Source: a virus. Taken from it: a stretch of DNA of 64,000 nt. A program made the position numbers and the translations under genes. The notes beneath the pieces were generated by a model that saw only the letters and a program-made list of their open reading frames with translations, was not told the DNA's origin and did no database searches. Location of the stretch: positions 111,797 through 175,796 of IMG/VR virus record IMGVR_UViG_3300014911_000001; one strand, given 5' to 3'. Shown one piece after another: positions 18,686 through 28,900 of this stretch (position 1 is the stretch's first letter; every line of letters begins with the position of its first letter).

Positions 18686-21600
18686 TGGCAGTTATAAGGA
18701 AAAAACATACATATTTGCGTACTTTTACACGCAGGAAGGAGCGGGAGAAGGGCAACCGTTTTGCGAAGTTTGGACTGGGGGTTGCTGCTCTTGTGCCCAT
18801 TGTTTATTTGGTCAGGGGGCGCGGCTTCGAAAGGCTACATGATTTTCTTAAGACCTTTGCTGAGGCTTCATATAAGAAAGAGGCGCGGGCTTCAGAAGCA
18901 TCTCTATGGGCATATGGGCCTCTTGATAGGATAAAAAAGGCATTTATGGATAATCCATTTTTATCGGTACTGGGTACTGTTACCAAAAAGGAAGCACAAG
19001 GAAGGTCTGTAAGGGAGGTATTGAATAAATTAAAGGATATTGTCGAGCTCTTGCGTGAATATTATTCGGTAGCTGAAATAAGAAAATTATTTAATGAGGA
19101 TATTATTCCTTATGCTGATAAAGCGTCTAAGCTTATTGTTGAGGAGGAAAAGCAATTAGTATATAAGTATCAGTTAATGTTTGAGCGGGCGCTTAAAATT
19201 CTCACGAGGAAGATTAATGAAAAAGGGTGGCTTCCGCGAGACCCATTTCATTTTCGTCTCCTAAGTAAGTATTTACCACATAGCTACAAATTTGGATTGT
19301 TTTATGGTACGATGCCGAGTTTTTCGGCGCCTCTATTTGAGATTTCTACAGCTAGTGAGCAGTTTGCACAGATTTTCCAAAGGGAGATAAAGAATCTATC
19401 AGAAAGTGAGGTTTTACTTGGTCAACATGTTGAGCAGGTTATAAAAGATTATGTAAAAAAGCATGTAGTTGTAAATCCTGAGTGGGAGCTTGCTGCTAGT
19501 GAGGTGTTTAAGCATCTATCAGCTGAGGAGCATTTACAGGTCCGAAATCTTGTTACAAGAATTACAGAGCAGGTAGCTAAGTGGTTGCATCGTCATGCCG
19601 GTATTGATGCAACAGATTTGCCTGATGTGCATGTTGTTATAAAGGCGCAGCGTTATTATGATGTTCCTATGCTAGTTGCTCAGCTGTCGGTTGTTGATCT
19701 GCGTGGGGTCAAAAGGAGTATAGAGATCAAGCTTGGTGTTCCCCAGAAAAGTGGATTGATGGCAGCTATAGGAAATTATCCAACAGCAAATGTCAGATTT
19801 GCTCAAGGTAACAGGGTAAGGTCGATCTTTTCCTTGAAGCTGGAGCGCTTAGGCGAGATGTTTGAGCATGCCTTGAACGATTTATACGAAGGGAAGTCAG
19901 AGGATTATGTTACCAGACGCATTCATAGAATCATTGGACGATATGATTTATATGGAACTGGGCGTAATGATAAAGCATTCCAGTTGGTGCATTCCATTGT
20001 TGATAAGGACTTTAAGGATTATGCGGCTTATAATGCTAAAAAGAGATTTTTGAAGCGCGCTGCTGAGTTGGTGCTTGGTGTGAGAAAAGGCAAGTATCGG
20101 GTGTTTATGGATGCTGAGTGGGTTATGGCTGGTATATCGAGTACTGGGACTCAATATGCAGTGACTGAATCCCGCCGGCGCTTGATATGGAGTTTTGCCA
20201 TACAAGTTTTTGATGATCTTGGTAATGAGGTTGATAAGTTGGTTGTATTTATAGATCCGAAGACGATAAGCGATGAGTTCTTCATGTCGCAGGTGCGTCG
20301 TTTTGGATTATCAAAGGCAGCTGCTGAGGAGGCATTAAAAGCGGTTAGAGGTCGTGTTGCGATGCCTGCTGGATATGTCAGAGTTGATAGTGAGATGGAA
20401 GCCAGCCGGCTTATATGCAAGAAAATAAAAGACATAATTAATAAATATGGTAAGGATGATCTACTTGTTATGGGTAAGAACTTCTGGAGCTCAGAGGTTG
20501 CATTGTTGGAGCGGGCCTTTAAAGCTGACAGTAATATATTAAATTATATCAAAAGAAAGTTAGTTGATATAGAGGATATATATAGGTTGGTATATGGTGC
20601 TAAGGCTATTAACAGGTCATTAAGTGTTGAGGCTATTCTCGATTATGTAAAGGTATCGGATGAAGGATCGAAGCTATTGGGCCGGCTTCTTAATTATGAA
20701 CCGAGGGTTGAGGTCCAAGCGTTTGCTAATTTAGTTAGGTCGCTACATTTTGGTGAGCAAGATAACAGGATTGCATACATCCTATCAAAAATTGCGGAGA
20801 GCATGGTTAATAATGATCCTGAGTTGCGTGAGAGAGTACTAAGGATTTATGATATTGTAGCGAAGTCACAGGGAGCTGTTTTATCATTTACAACGCAGCA
20901 GGAGTTCATGCAGCGGGCTTACAATTATGTAAAGGAGCAATTGAAATCTGTTGGTGTTGGTTCGCCTAATGCTGCGCGTAAGTGGCGTTTTGAATATCCG
21001 TTTAATCCGGCTGATTGGGTTCCGCTATTTGTTCCCACCTTGGAGAAACAGAGGTATCAGTTAGGCCGCGGCTTACCTTTATCGGAGGCGTCGAAAAGAT
21101 TGCTTGAAACTCTTAAGAAGGAATATGCTAGGCGCGTATTAGGGTTGGGTGAGGCTGATATCAATTATCTAGGACCGGCGCTTATTTCTATGCCATTTAA
21201 GAGATTCCTAGAACAGCAGATGTTATATAATGTCCGTAGTGTATTTACGATACCTGTCTTCTCAACATTTTTCCCATTTGCTGGCGAAGGACATATGTTT
21301 ATACACAGGAGACTTACTGAGCTATCGACAGTAGTGCAGGAGGTGATTAGTCAGAAAATTCCGATAAGTAGGTTGGAGAATATGGATGCTCGTATGCAGT
21401 TGTGGGTGAAGCTTTTTGAATCTGCCATGGAGGCTGTTAAGACATCTCCGAAGTTGGGTGAGTTAATTAAAAGCAAATTTAATAATGATATTGTTAAGTT
21501 TTTGAGAGCTGTAGATTTGTCGATTGTTATTGGTAGATATCGTGGATGGATAAAGGATTCTGAGCGGTTGGCTAATGTTTTAGTGCAGTTGTTTCCGGGG

Positions 21601-24600
21601 TTTCCTATCAAGCGTTTTGTTGGTCATGCTATTGGTAGGAATCTAAGAGGTCTTACTATAAAGCAGTATATGGCACTGCGCCGCGGTGTGAGTGCACCAA
21701 AAATAAATTTGGGGGATATATGGAAGGAGATATTTAGCGACAAAGCAGCTGCTCATCCATTATACGACATGTTGAGTAATGATAATATGTTGAAACTTGG
21801 ATTGATGGATGAGTCTGCTCAGGCAGGTTATGCACAATGTGCATTAATAAGGGAAATCTTTAATAGATTGGTAGAATCGGGGCTTCATCTTACCAACCCA
21901 GAGCAGTACATCAAGTATGGTACTTTCGTAATGACGGACCGGCTTCAGCTTGGTGATAAGGTTGTAAAAATTGGTTATAATGGTAAATTGGTTTTTAATA
22001 AAATAATTACATCTTATGATCTTACAGGTGTACCTTCATTAGATTTTTCACTTACCTATGAGATAGTTTTGCCAACTCCCTTAAAGTGGGTTACATATTA
22101 TCAAAAAGGTATGGGGACAGCACAGCGCTGGTCCTTAAGCCAATTTCCATATTATCTTATAGAACCGGCACGTTTTATGGAGCGTGGTGAATTGGGCATC
22201 TTTATAGAGACAGAGATGACCCGGCTAAAGGAGGCATTAATTAAAAAATATGGTGTGCGGGAAGCCGCCAATGTTATGTCAAAGATGACAAAGGACCTCA
22301 ATGATTATATGAATAGAGTGGTTAATTACGCTATTAAGGAGCACGGGCTTCCCATCAAACTTACCAGTCCGTTGTTTATATTCAATCCCAAAATGATGGC
22401 AATAGAGGGCAATTATGATTTGTTTAACACATTGACAACAGAACAAAAGGGATTATTGTGGACAGTATTTTTGGAGGGTTTACCTGAGAAGGTGGGAAAG
22501 ATTGGTGGATATCCAAGCTTGTTTGATTATCTTGAGGCTAAATTCAAGGAGCATGGTATTGTTGTAACTCCCCAAGAAAGGAGGATATTCAGAAGATATG
22601 TACAGAAACAATATGCGTTGTATAAGAACAAAAAGATAAGCGAAAAGGAATTTTTTGAAACAGTCTTGCTGAAGGACATAGCTGATGAGAGGATACGAAA
22701 CTGGTTTAGCAGATTATATTATGGAGATGATAGGGAGCAGCTGGCGCGCTTATTCGATATATATCAGATAAAATTAGGTAAAAGGGTTGTTGAGCTTATT
22801 GGTTTGGGCCGTCATAGCCCCTTTGGGTTGGGTGATACGGCTCTAACTAGTACCTACAAAAGTTTTGTTCGTATACCAATGCAGATGTATTGGGATATCC
22901 ATCGCTGGCCTCATTTAGAGGGTATGGCTCAATTTATTGATGCCTTCCAAGCTCAGAATCTACCTATTTATGAGACACTTCTTAAGATGGCTGATATGCT
23001 AAAAATGAGTCAGTCATCTATTGATGAGTTGGTGAAGGCAGGGGGTATCTATGCTGTACCGGTGCGGCGCTTCTTTGACTTTGTGCGCAAACATATGAAT
23101 CTTCTTAGGTCAATAAGGGAGGATATATATGTACCAGAAAAGATATTAGAGGAGGCTCATGGTGATATGGTTCGTGCTGTCCAAATGATGCTTGATCTGG
23201 GTGTATCGTTAACGGATTTTAAGGAGAATGCTATAAAGTTTGAAGGCGCGCAGGTCCGTGCGCAGGTTGCCAAGGAAGTGCAGGATTTCCTCAGACAGAT
23301 ATTTGAGGAGGCGCAAGGGAAGCGCGTTGTTATCGATGTAGGCAGGGCAATGTCTGTTTCCTATAAGAACCTTGAGTCGATGATTGGTCAGAATGATGCT
23401 ATTATTAGGGATCTTATAAAATATTTAGAGAGAATGGGTTACAACAAGCTGAAGTATATACCATTGGGGACAAGGGAATTTTGGGATCTGTCATTCCACC
23501 AGATTGGTAGAGACCAAGTTATTGTTGAGCCTCAGGTTAAGAAGTTGCTGCAATTAATGGCATCGATTGCATCAATTAAGGGTAAGGTGCAAGCAACTGG
23601 TGTGCCATCGGCGCAGGTTAAATTTGAAGAGAGAAATGTATTTTATAAGCAGTTTGTTAATTATCTTGGTTCTATAGCTAGTAGCTTTATAGGCCGGCAA
23701 TCCTTATGGGCACGCACTGCTGTAACACATCTTCCTGGTGTTGAGGGTGTTGGACTTCCGTCCTTCTTGCTTTTTAATAAGTCGCGGCTTCTTGACACAG
23801 TTGTATGGGAGCCATTTACGACCTATGTTGATGCTTCTGTTATTGAGAATCTCAGAGGTATGTTGGAAGCCGCCGGCTTCTCCAAGGAATTTATCGATGC
23901 TTTTTACAAGGGCAGTCCTAATGTAGCATTTTTAGGTATGCCCGGACGTATGCCATTCCACCCCGGTATGGGATTGATAGGATTTATAAAGAGTTTAACC
24001 AAGCAGCAGAAGAAACATGTTTCATCTGTAAGCGATGCCGTTAAAATATATATGGATCCTTTATTGATAACGAAGGTTCTATTAGGTGACTGGGATACAG
24101 ATAGATTGATGGCGTTACTAACAATGACATCTCCGAAGGGTGCTGAGGATATAACAAGGATATGGAAGTGGGTCTATGGTTTATCAGATCAGGATGTTGC
24201 ATTTCTTATGTCGTATGGTAAGTTTAGAGCTGGTGACAGGAAGGCTATAGGTGAATTGCAGACATTTTTTACGTCTGTTTTTGAGAAGATGACAAAAGAG
24301 CAGAAGGAGGCATATATACAGAGCAAAGAGTTTGAGGATATGCTCCACAAAAGATTATCAGCCATTGTTGCAAGAATGAAGGAAGGATATTTGAGCTGGT
24401 TTGGTAAGTCTGAGGCAGAAGAGTTAAGCGAGCGGGTCGAGTTTTTAGTGACAGGTGATGTGACGAAGATACCGACAACGGAGGGTAAGGTTATTTATTT
24501 ACCGACTATATTAGCGCAGATGCGTGGTTATACGATGAAGATTGAAAAAATGTGGCCATTTATACAGGAGGCCAAGGAAATTGCGAGGAAGGAAGGAATT

Positions 24601-25746
24601 CCATTCAAGGAGGCATTAGCTAAGCATATGGCTGACATTTTTGCTAATAGGGAGCTTAGGAATGTACTGGGTACATCGATGGCTGGTAAAGCTGATGTGA
24701 TAAGAACAGGGTATGCATTAGCATTGCAGCATATATATAAATTAAGAGCTGAAGGGCTTTCATATCAGGATATAAGTAAGATCATGGGATTAAGCATTCC
24801 AGAAGCATTTGGTCAAGTATTTGATAAATGGATTGCGGCGGGTTCTGAAAGACAGAAGATGATTCTTACATTTGAAAGGGAAATACTCGATAAGGTATTA
24901 AAGATGAAGCGTGGTGGTTCTCCAGAGGCGATGGCTGAAGCAATAAATAATCTTGCTAATGAGTTGCTGGAGTATAGTAAGGTTTCATCATCTGTTGCGA
25001 AGAAAGGACATGAGTTAATAGATAAATTTGTTGCAGAAATTGATTGGGAGAAGATGGGATTGAAGCCGCGTGATGCTTTATACATGATGGGGTGGTTATT
25101 AAGAAACACGCAATGGACTATCCGTAATTCCAGTTATCTTGTTACGAGACAATCGATAAATAGAGGTCTTATTGAAGCATATGCGATGTTTGCATCCCGT
25201 TTGCTGAGTCAACCGACGGGTCCTACGGTAAGCCCGACATTGTTAGATGCATTGTCGGGTGAGGTATTAAGGGGCATGGCAAGGGAGCCGAAGCCATTGA
25301 ATGAATTACTTGGCGAGCAAACAGCAAATATGAGGTTTAGGGAGGCATTGGCGGGCTTCCTTACAAAAACATTTGAGAATTTATCTAAATCAAGAAAACA
25401 TAGATTGCTATTAGCAGGTGCATTGGCTGGGATAGCGGGATATATATTAAGCGGGCCGAAATTAAGAGGAGATATATTTTCATTTGGTATCGATATAGGC
25501 ACAGTGCATGGATTGGAGCCGAGCTTCTTTGATGGTAGATGGACATACCCTGAGTTGCCCCGAGGGGAGGATATAAGGGGTTTGGAGAATCCATATCATA
25601 AAAGGAAAATTTATATTCTACGTAATATAAGGCGCAGGAACCCTGCATTATTTAATGAGTTAAGGAGGCGCGGTATAATTCAAGAGTGGGAAATGTCGGC
25701 GCCTTATGATTACCCACGCAGAGAAAGGAAGGTGATCTATGTATGA
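18685..25746 (+). CDS. Giant virion protein: DEDDh exonuclease domain plus putative single-chain two-barrel RNA polymerase
   Basis: Exonuclease motifs VFMDAEW (D476/E478), MGKNFWSSE (E604), LHFGEQD (H688/D693); polymerase-like motifs LKWVTYYQKG (K1134/K1141), GRMP (R1755), GDWDTD (D1802/D1804/D1806). Confidence 0.65.
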   Translation: MAVIRKKHTYLRTFTRRKEREKGNRFAKFGLGVAALVPIVYLVRGRGFERLHDFLKTFAEASYKKEARASEASLWAYGPLDRIKKAFMDNPFLSVLGTVTKKEAQGRSVREVLNKLKDIVELLREYYSVAEIRKLFNEDIIPYADKASKLIVEEEKQLVYKYQLMFERALKILTRKINEKGWLPRDPFHFRLLSKYLPHSYKFGLFYGTMPSFSAPLFEISTASEQFAQIFQREIKNLSESEVLLGQHVEQVIKDYVKKHVVVNPEWELAASEVFKHLSAEEHLQVRNLVTRITEQVAKWLHRHAGIDATDLPDVHVVIKAQRYYDVPMLVAQLSVVDLRGVKRSIEIKLGVPQKSGLMAAIGNYPTANVRFAQGNRVRSIFSLKLERLGEMFEHALNDLYEGKSEDYVTRRIHRIIGRYDLYGTGRNDKAFQLVHSIVDKDFKDYAAYNAKKRFLKRAAELVLGVRKGKYRVFMDAEWVMAGISSTGTQYAVTESRRRLIWSFAIQVFDDLGNEVDKLVVFIDPKTISDEFFMSQVRRFGLSKAAAEEALKAVRGRVAMPAGYVRVDSEMEASRLICKKIKDIINKYGKDDLLVMGKNFWSSEVALLERAFKADSNILNYIKRKLVDIEDIYRLVYGAKAINRSLSVEAILDYVKVSDEGSKLLGRLLNYEPRVEVQAFANLVRSLHFGEQDNRIAYILSKIAESMVNNDPELRERVLRIYDIVAKSQGAVLSFTTQQEFMQRAYNYVKEQLKSVGVGSPNAARKWRFEYPFNPADWVPLFVPTLEKQRYQLGRGLPLSEASKRLLETLKKEYARRVLGLGEADINYLGPALISMPFKRFLEQQMLYNVRSVFTIPVFSTFFPFAGEGHMFIHRRLTELSTVVQEVISQKIPISRLENMDARMQLWVKLFESAMEAVKTSPKLGELIKSKFNNDIVKFLRAVDLSIVIGRYRGWIKDSERLANVLVQLFPGFPIKRFVGHAIGRNLRGLTIKQYMALRRGVSAPKINLGDIWKEIFSDKAAAHPLYDMLSNDNMLKLGLMDESAQAGYAQCALIREIFNRLVESGLHLTNPEQYIKYGTFVMTDRLQLGDKVVKIGYNGKLVFNKIITSYDLTGVPSLDFSLTYEIVLPTPLKWVTYYQKGMGTAQRWSLSQFPYYLIEPARFMERGELGIFIETEMTRLKEALIKKYGVREAANVMSKMTKDLNDYMNRVVNYAIKEHGLPIKLTSPLFIFNPKMMAIEGNYDLFNTLTTEQKGLLWTVFLEGLPEKVGKIGGYPSLFDYLEAKFKEHGIVVTPQERRIFRRYVQKQYALYKNKKISEKEFFETVLLKDIADERIRNWFSRLYYGDDREQLARLFDIYQIKLGKRVVELIGLGRHSPFGLGDTALTSTYKSFVRIPMQMYWDIHRWPHLEGMAQFIDAFQAQNLPIYETLLKMADMLKMSQSSIDELVKAGGIYAVPVRRFFDFVRKHMNLLRSIREDIYVPEKILEEAHGDMVRAVQMMLDLGVSLTDFKENAIKFEGAQVRAQVAKEVQDFLRQIFEEAQGKRVVIDVGRAMSVSYKNLESMIGQNDAIIRDLIKYLERMGYNKLKYIPLGTREFWDLSFHQIGRDQVIVEPQVKKLLQLMASIASIKGKVQATGVPSAQVKFEERNVFYKQFVNYLGSIASSFIGRQSLWARTAVTHLPGVEGVGLPSFLLFNKSRLLDTVVWEPFTTYVDASVIENLRGMLEAAGFSKEFIDAFYKGSPNVAFLGMPGRMPFHPGMGLIGFIKSLTKQQKKHVSSVSDAVKIYMDPLLITKVLLGDWDTDRLMALLTMTSPKGAEDITRIWKWVYGLSDQDVAFLMSYGKFRAGDRKAIGELQTFFTSVFEKMTKEQKEAYIQSKEFEDMLHKRLSAIVARMKEGYLSWFGKSEAEELSERVEFLVTGDVTKIPTTEGKVIYLPTILAQMRGYTMKIEKMWPFIQEAKEIARKEGIPFKEALAKHMADIFANRELRNVLGTSMAGKADVIRTGYALALQHIYKLRAEGLSYQDISKIMGLSIPEAFGQVFDKWIAAGSERQKMILTFEREILDKVLKMKRGGSPEAMAEAINNLANELLEYSKVSSSVAKKGHELIDKFVAEIDWEKMGLKPRDALYMMGWLLRNTQWTIRNSSYLVTRQSINRGLIEAYAMFASRLLSQPTGPTVSPTLLDALSGEVLRGMAREPKPLNELLGEQTANMRFREALAGFLTKTFENLSKSRKHRLLLAGALAGIAGYILSGPKLRGDIFSFGIDIGTVHGLEPSFFDGRWTYPELPRGEDIRGLENPYHKRKIYILRNIRRRNPALFNELRRRGIIQEWEMSAPYDYPRRERKVIYV

Positions 25747-25910
25747 AAATTATAGTTAGAGTACCACCAAATGCAGATATTGTTCGTGTTGAAGCGGCAA
25801 TACGTAATGCTTTGATGGCGTATGATTTAGATGTACGGTCGATACAAGTGGTAACAACAGCTTTCGGACAGGAGGAGTATGCCAGAGGACTCGAAAAAAC
25901 CGAGGCTTGA
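25743..25910 (+). CDS. Small hypothetical protein (55 aa), absent from the ORF track
   Basis: ATG overlaps the upstream TGA (ATGA); reads MKIIVRVPPNADIVRVEAAIRNALMAYDLDVRSIQVVTTAFGQEEYARGLEKTEA* and fills the apparent intergenic gap. Confidence 0.55.
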   Translation: MKIIVRVPPNADIVRVEAAIRNALMAYDLDVRSIQVVTTAFGQEEYARGLEKTEA

Positions 25911-28900
25911 TTACAGGACAGCTATTATAGGTACTGTTCCTGTGATTGTTACAGATTTTAGAGTTGTTGAGAATTTTTCCTACCAGCAGATACAGACGCT
26001 ACGTATGGATAATAATGTTATTTACCAGATACCCGGAAGGAATTTGTATGTTATTATTGGATTAGAATTTCCTGATGGTTATTCCATTAATACAGGACTG
26101 CGTGAGCTCCATGCCATGATGTTTCTTGCTCCCATTGTACCTATTTATAGTCCGTGGCTTAATGACATGGTTATTGCATCGTTTGATCAATATAGAGGGC
26201 TTGCTGAATTAATGGGTGTTAATACAGATGTAAACATTTATGCATTGCGTCGTTTAACGATGAGATCTGTTGAGTCGCCTTATGCTATTGGTGTTGAGAT
26301 GGAGATTGCTCCTATGGATTTAGATGCGGCGCGGCTTAAACCCCAATTCCTTGTGGATGAAGAGGCAGCGCGGGCTAAATCTGAATTTATAGCGAGGTTG
26401 TTTGAGTTATATGAAACGATGAAGAGAAGTGAGGACCCGCTGGCTTATTTGGATGGCTTTACATCTATCTACAATGATTACAAGAGGGCTGTTGCTAATA
26501 AGGTTGTCGACTTCCTATGGCAGTCAGAATTATTTAAAAGGTGGATAAGCATAATGTATCCTGAGGGTGATAAGTCACTTTTACCAGTTCAAGGGGTGCG
26601 GCTTAAGCGGCAGCTTGGCATATGGCGGCAGACACCGTTTGCTAATATTGTTATTCATTATCTTCATATGGCTGATGATATCGTATCGTTGCGAGATGAA
26701 ATCCATAAGTATGTTTCAGATGTGGCTAGTAGTACAGCGAAAATGATCCGTGATTATGTAGCTGATTACGAACAAATTCAGCAGGTTGGCGCGCCTCGAC
26801 GATTTTTTCAAGTATTACAGACATTATATAATAGCATTAAAGGTGGCATACGCACCCGTGTTGATAGTTCATTAATGGGTACTATAGCGTTTGGTAATCA
26901 GATAAGAGAGATGTTACTTGAGGTTGCGTTACGCATGGATAATGGGCAGAGGGGTAAGTTTACTAACTATGTGCAAAGGATTCTATCTCTGACGGCGGGG
27001 CCTAATCTAGTAGTCCCTGAGATGATGATGGAGGGTGAGTCAGCTATTGTTACCATGTCTGATTTTCTTACTAGATTTTTTGCGGAATTAGGTAAGAAGT
27101 TAGATACGGATTCATACAAAATTTTTGTTGATTTATTTGCTGATGTTATGTCTGAACGTATTGCGTATTGGGAGTTGTTTTCAAAGGTGATGAAATATGA
27201 GACATTTGATTTTGGTAAGTATCGTGCTACTCCAACCAGATGGGAATATACCGTAACTAATAAATTCGTACCTCTGAGGATTGGTGATGCAGTAGCTCCC
27301 TTGTTGCAACATCTTGGTACTGACAGTCCTATATTTAGGGTGCAATATGCATGTGGTGATGGTCTGGCCATAAGGCAGCTAAAACAGTTAAGAGATGATG
27401 TTGATAAGGCTGTGCAACAGATAAATGAAATAGGGTCGTATTTCCCTTGGATTACGAGATATATAGAGCCTATAATATTATCCTCAACGGACGGCTTAAT
27501 TGAATTTCTGGGCATGCAGCATGCGGTTTTAGATTCAGTAAGTATTAATCCGATGGAAGAAGCCGCGATGGTTGCTGAGGCTACATGTACATTTGTTGCC
27601 TCTGATATAACGATTTTTGATTACGAGCAGTTTGAGTTTGCCGATACTGTTGGTGCCAATAATTTATCATGTCTATTATTATTCTATGCATTGCGTAAAT
27701 GGTACCAGGAAATTTTTGGCAAAGACCTTCCTCCGAGTGGTACTGTTGCAGAGACGGTGCAGCCATTAAAGGAAGGTGAAGATATTTCGAAGCTAAGGAT
27801 TCCGTTTAAATTGTTTGATGTTATGGATTCACAGAATGTAACGAAGCGTGCATTTCAGTATGCGATGACATTATCCAAAGCTGAGAATCAGAATTATTAT
27901 AACTTCACTATCTATAATTCAGATAAAAAGGCTGTATATGCATTAAATGAGGGTGTGGTTACTAACGTAACTAATAATCTGGTTGATGGTTATATAGTTC
28001 GTGTGAAAAACGGTGATTTTGTAACGGAGTATAGGAATCTGGGGAAATTGGCAGAGGATATTAAGCCGGGCGAAAAGGTGTTGGGTGGACAATATTTAGG
28101 GGAGGCGCGCTTCTTTGCTAGTGGAACATATCCAACCGAAGTACAGGAAAAAGAAGTTAAAATGCTACCTAACCTATTAGGATTAGGGGTGCCTGAGGTT
28201 GTTCAAGAATACAAGAAGAAAGTAAAAACATCTGGTCCTGCGCCTTATGGGGTGTTTGTATTATTTATGTATAAAAATATTCCATTGGACCTAGAAATTT
28301 ATAAAGGTAAGGAGGTTTTTGAAAAAGCAGCTAATATATCTGCGCCCACAGATATATATGCATATTTTTGGACCCATACTAAGGATGATAAAATAACATG
28401 GGCTGGGCATACCTATGATGTGAAAAATAATCCTTATGTCCAAGGATATGTAAATAGTGTCTTAGGTGGGATACCTATTTTAGAATCAATTTCGAATCGT
28501 GTTTTTGATGAGAAGACATTTTTTGATGTCCTTATTCGATTACTGATGGAGAAATGTATGACATGTGTATCGTCATTTGATATTGCTGGCTTGGAGCAGA
28601 AGCTTGCAAATGAATTGGGTATGGAGCCGGCTTCTGCAACTGATAAAGCTGTTCCAACACAGGAGGAATATGTGCCCGTTCTTGGCCGTCCATACTTTAC
28701 CCACCCATCATTGGAAGAGATGAAACTACCAGAGCCACAATTACCTCCTAAGGTAACTCCGGCACCAGAGGAAGGAAAAATGGAAGTACCTGAGGAGAAA
28801 GTAGAGAAACCGCAGCTTTCTGCACCAAAAGAATTACCTGAGGAGGCCCCGCCAGTAGAGGTGCCGCCTAGTGAACCACCAATGATAGAAGAAGGTGAAA

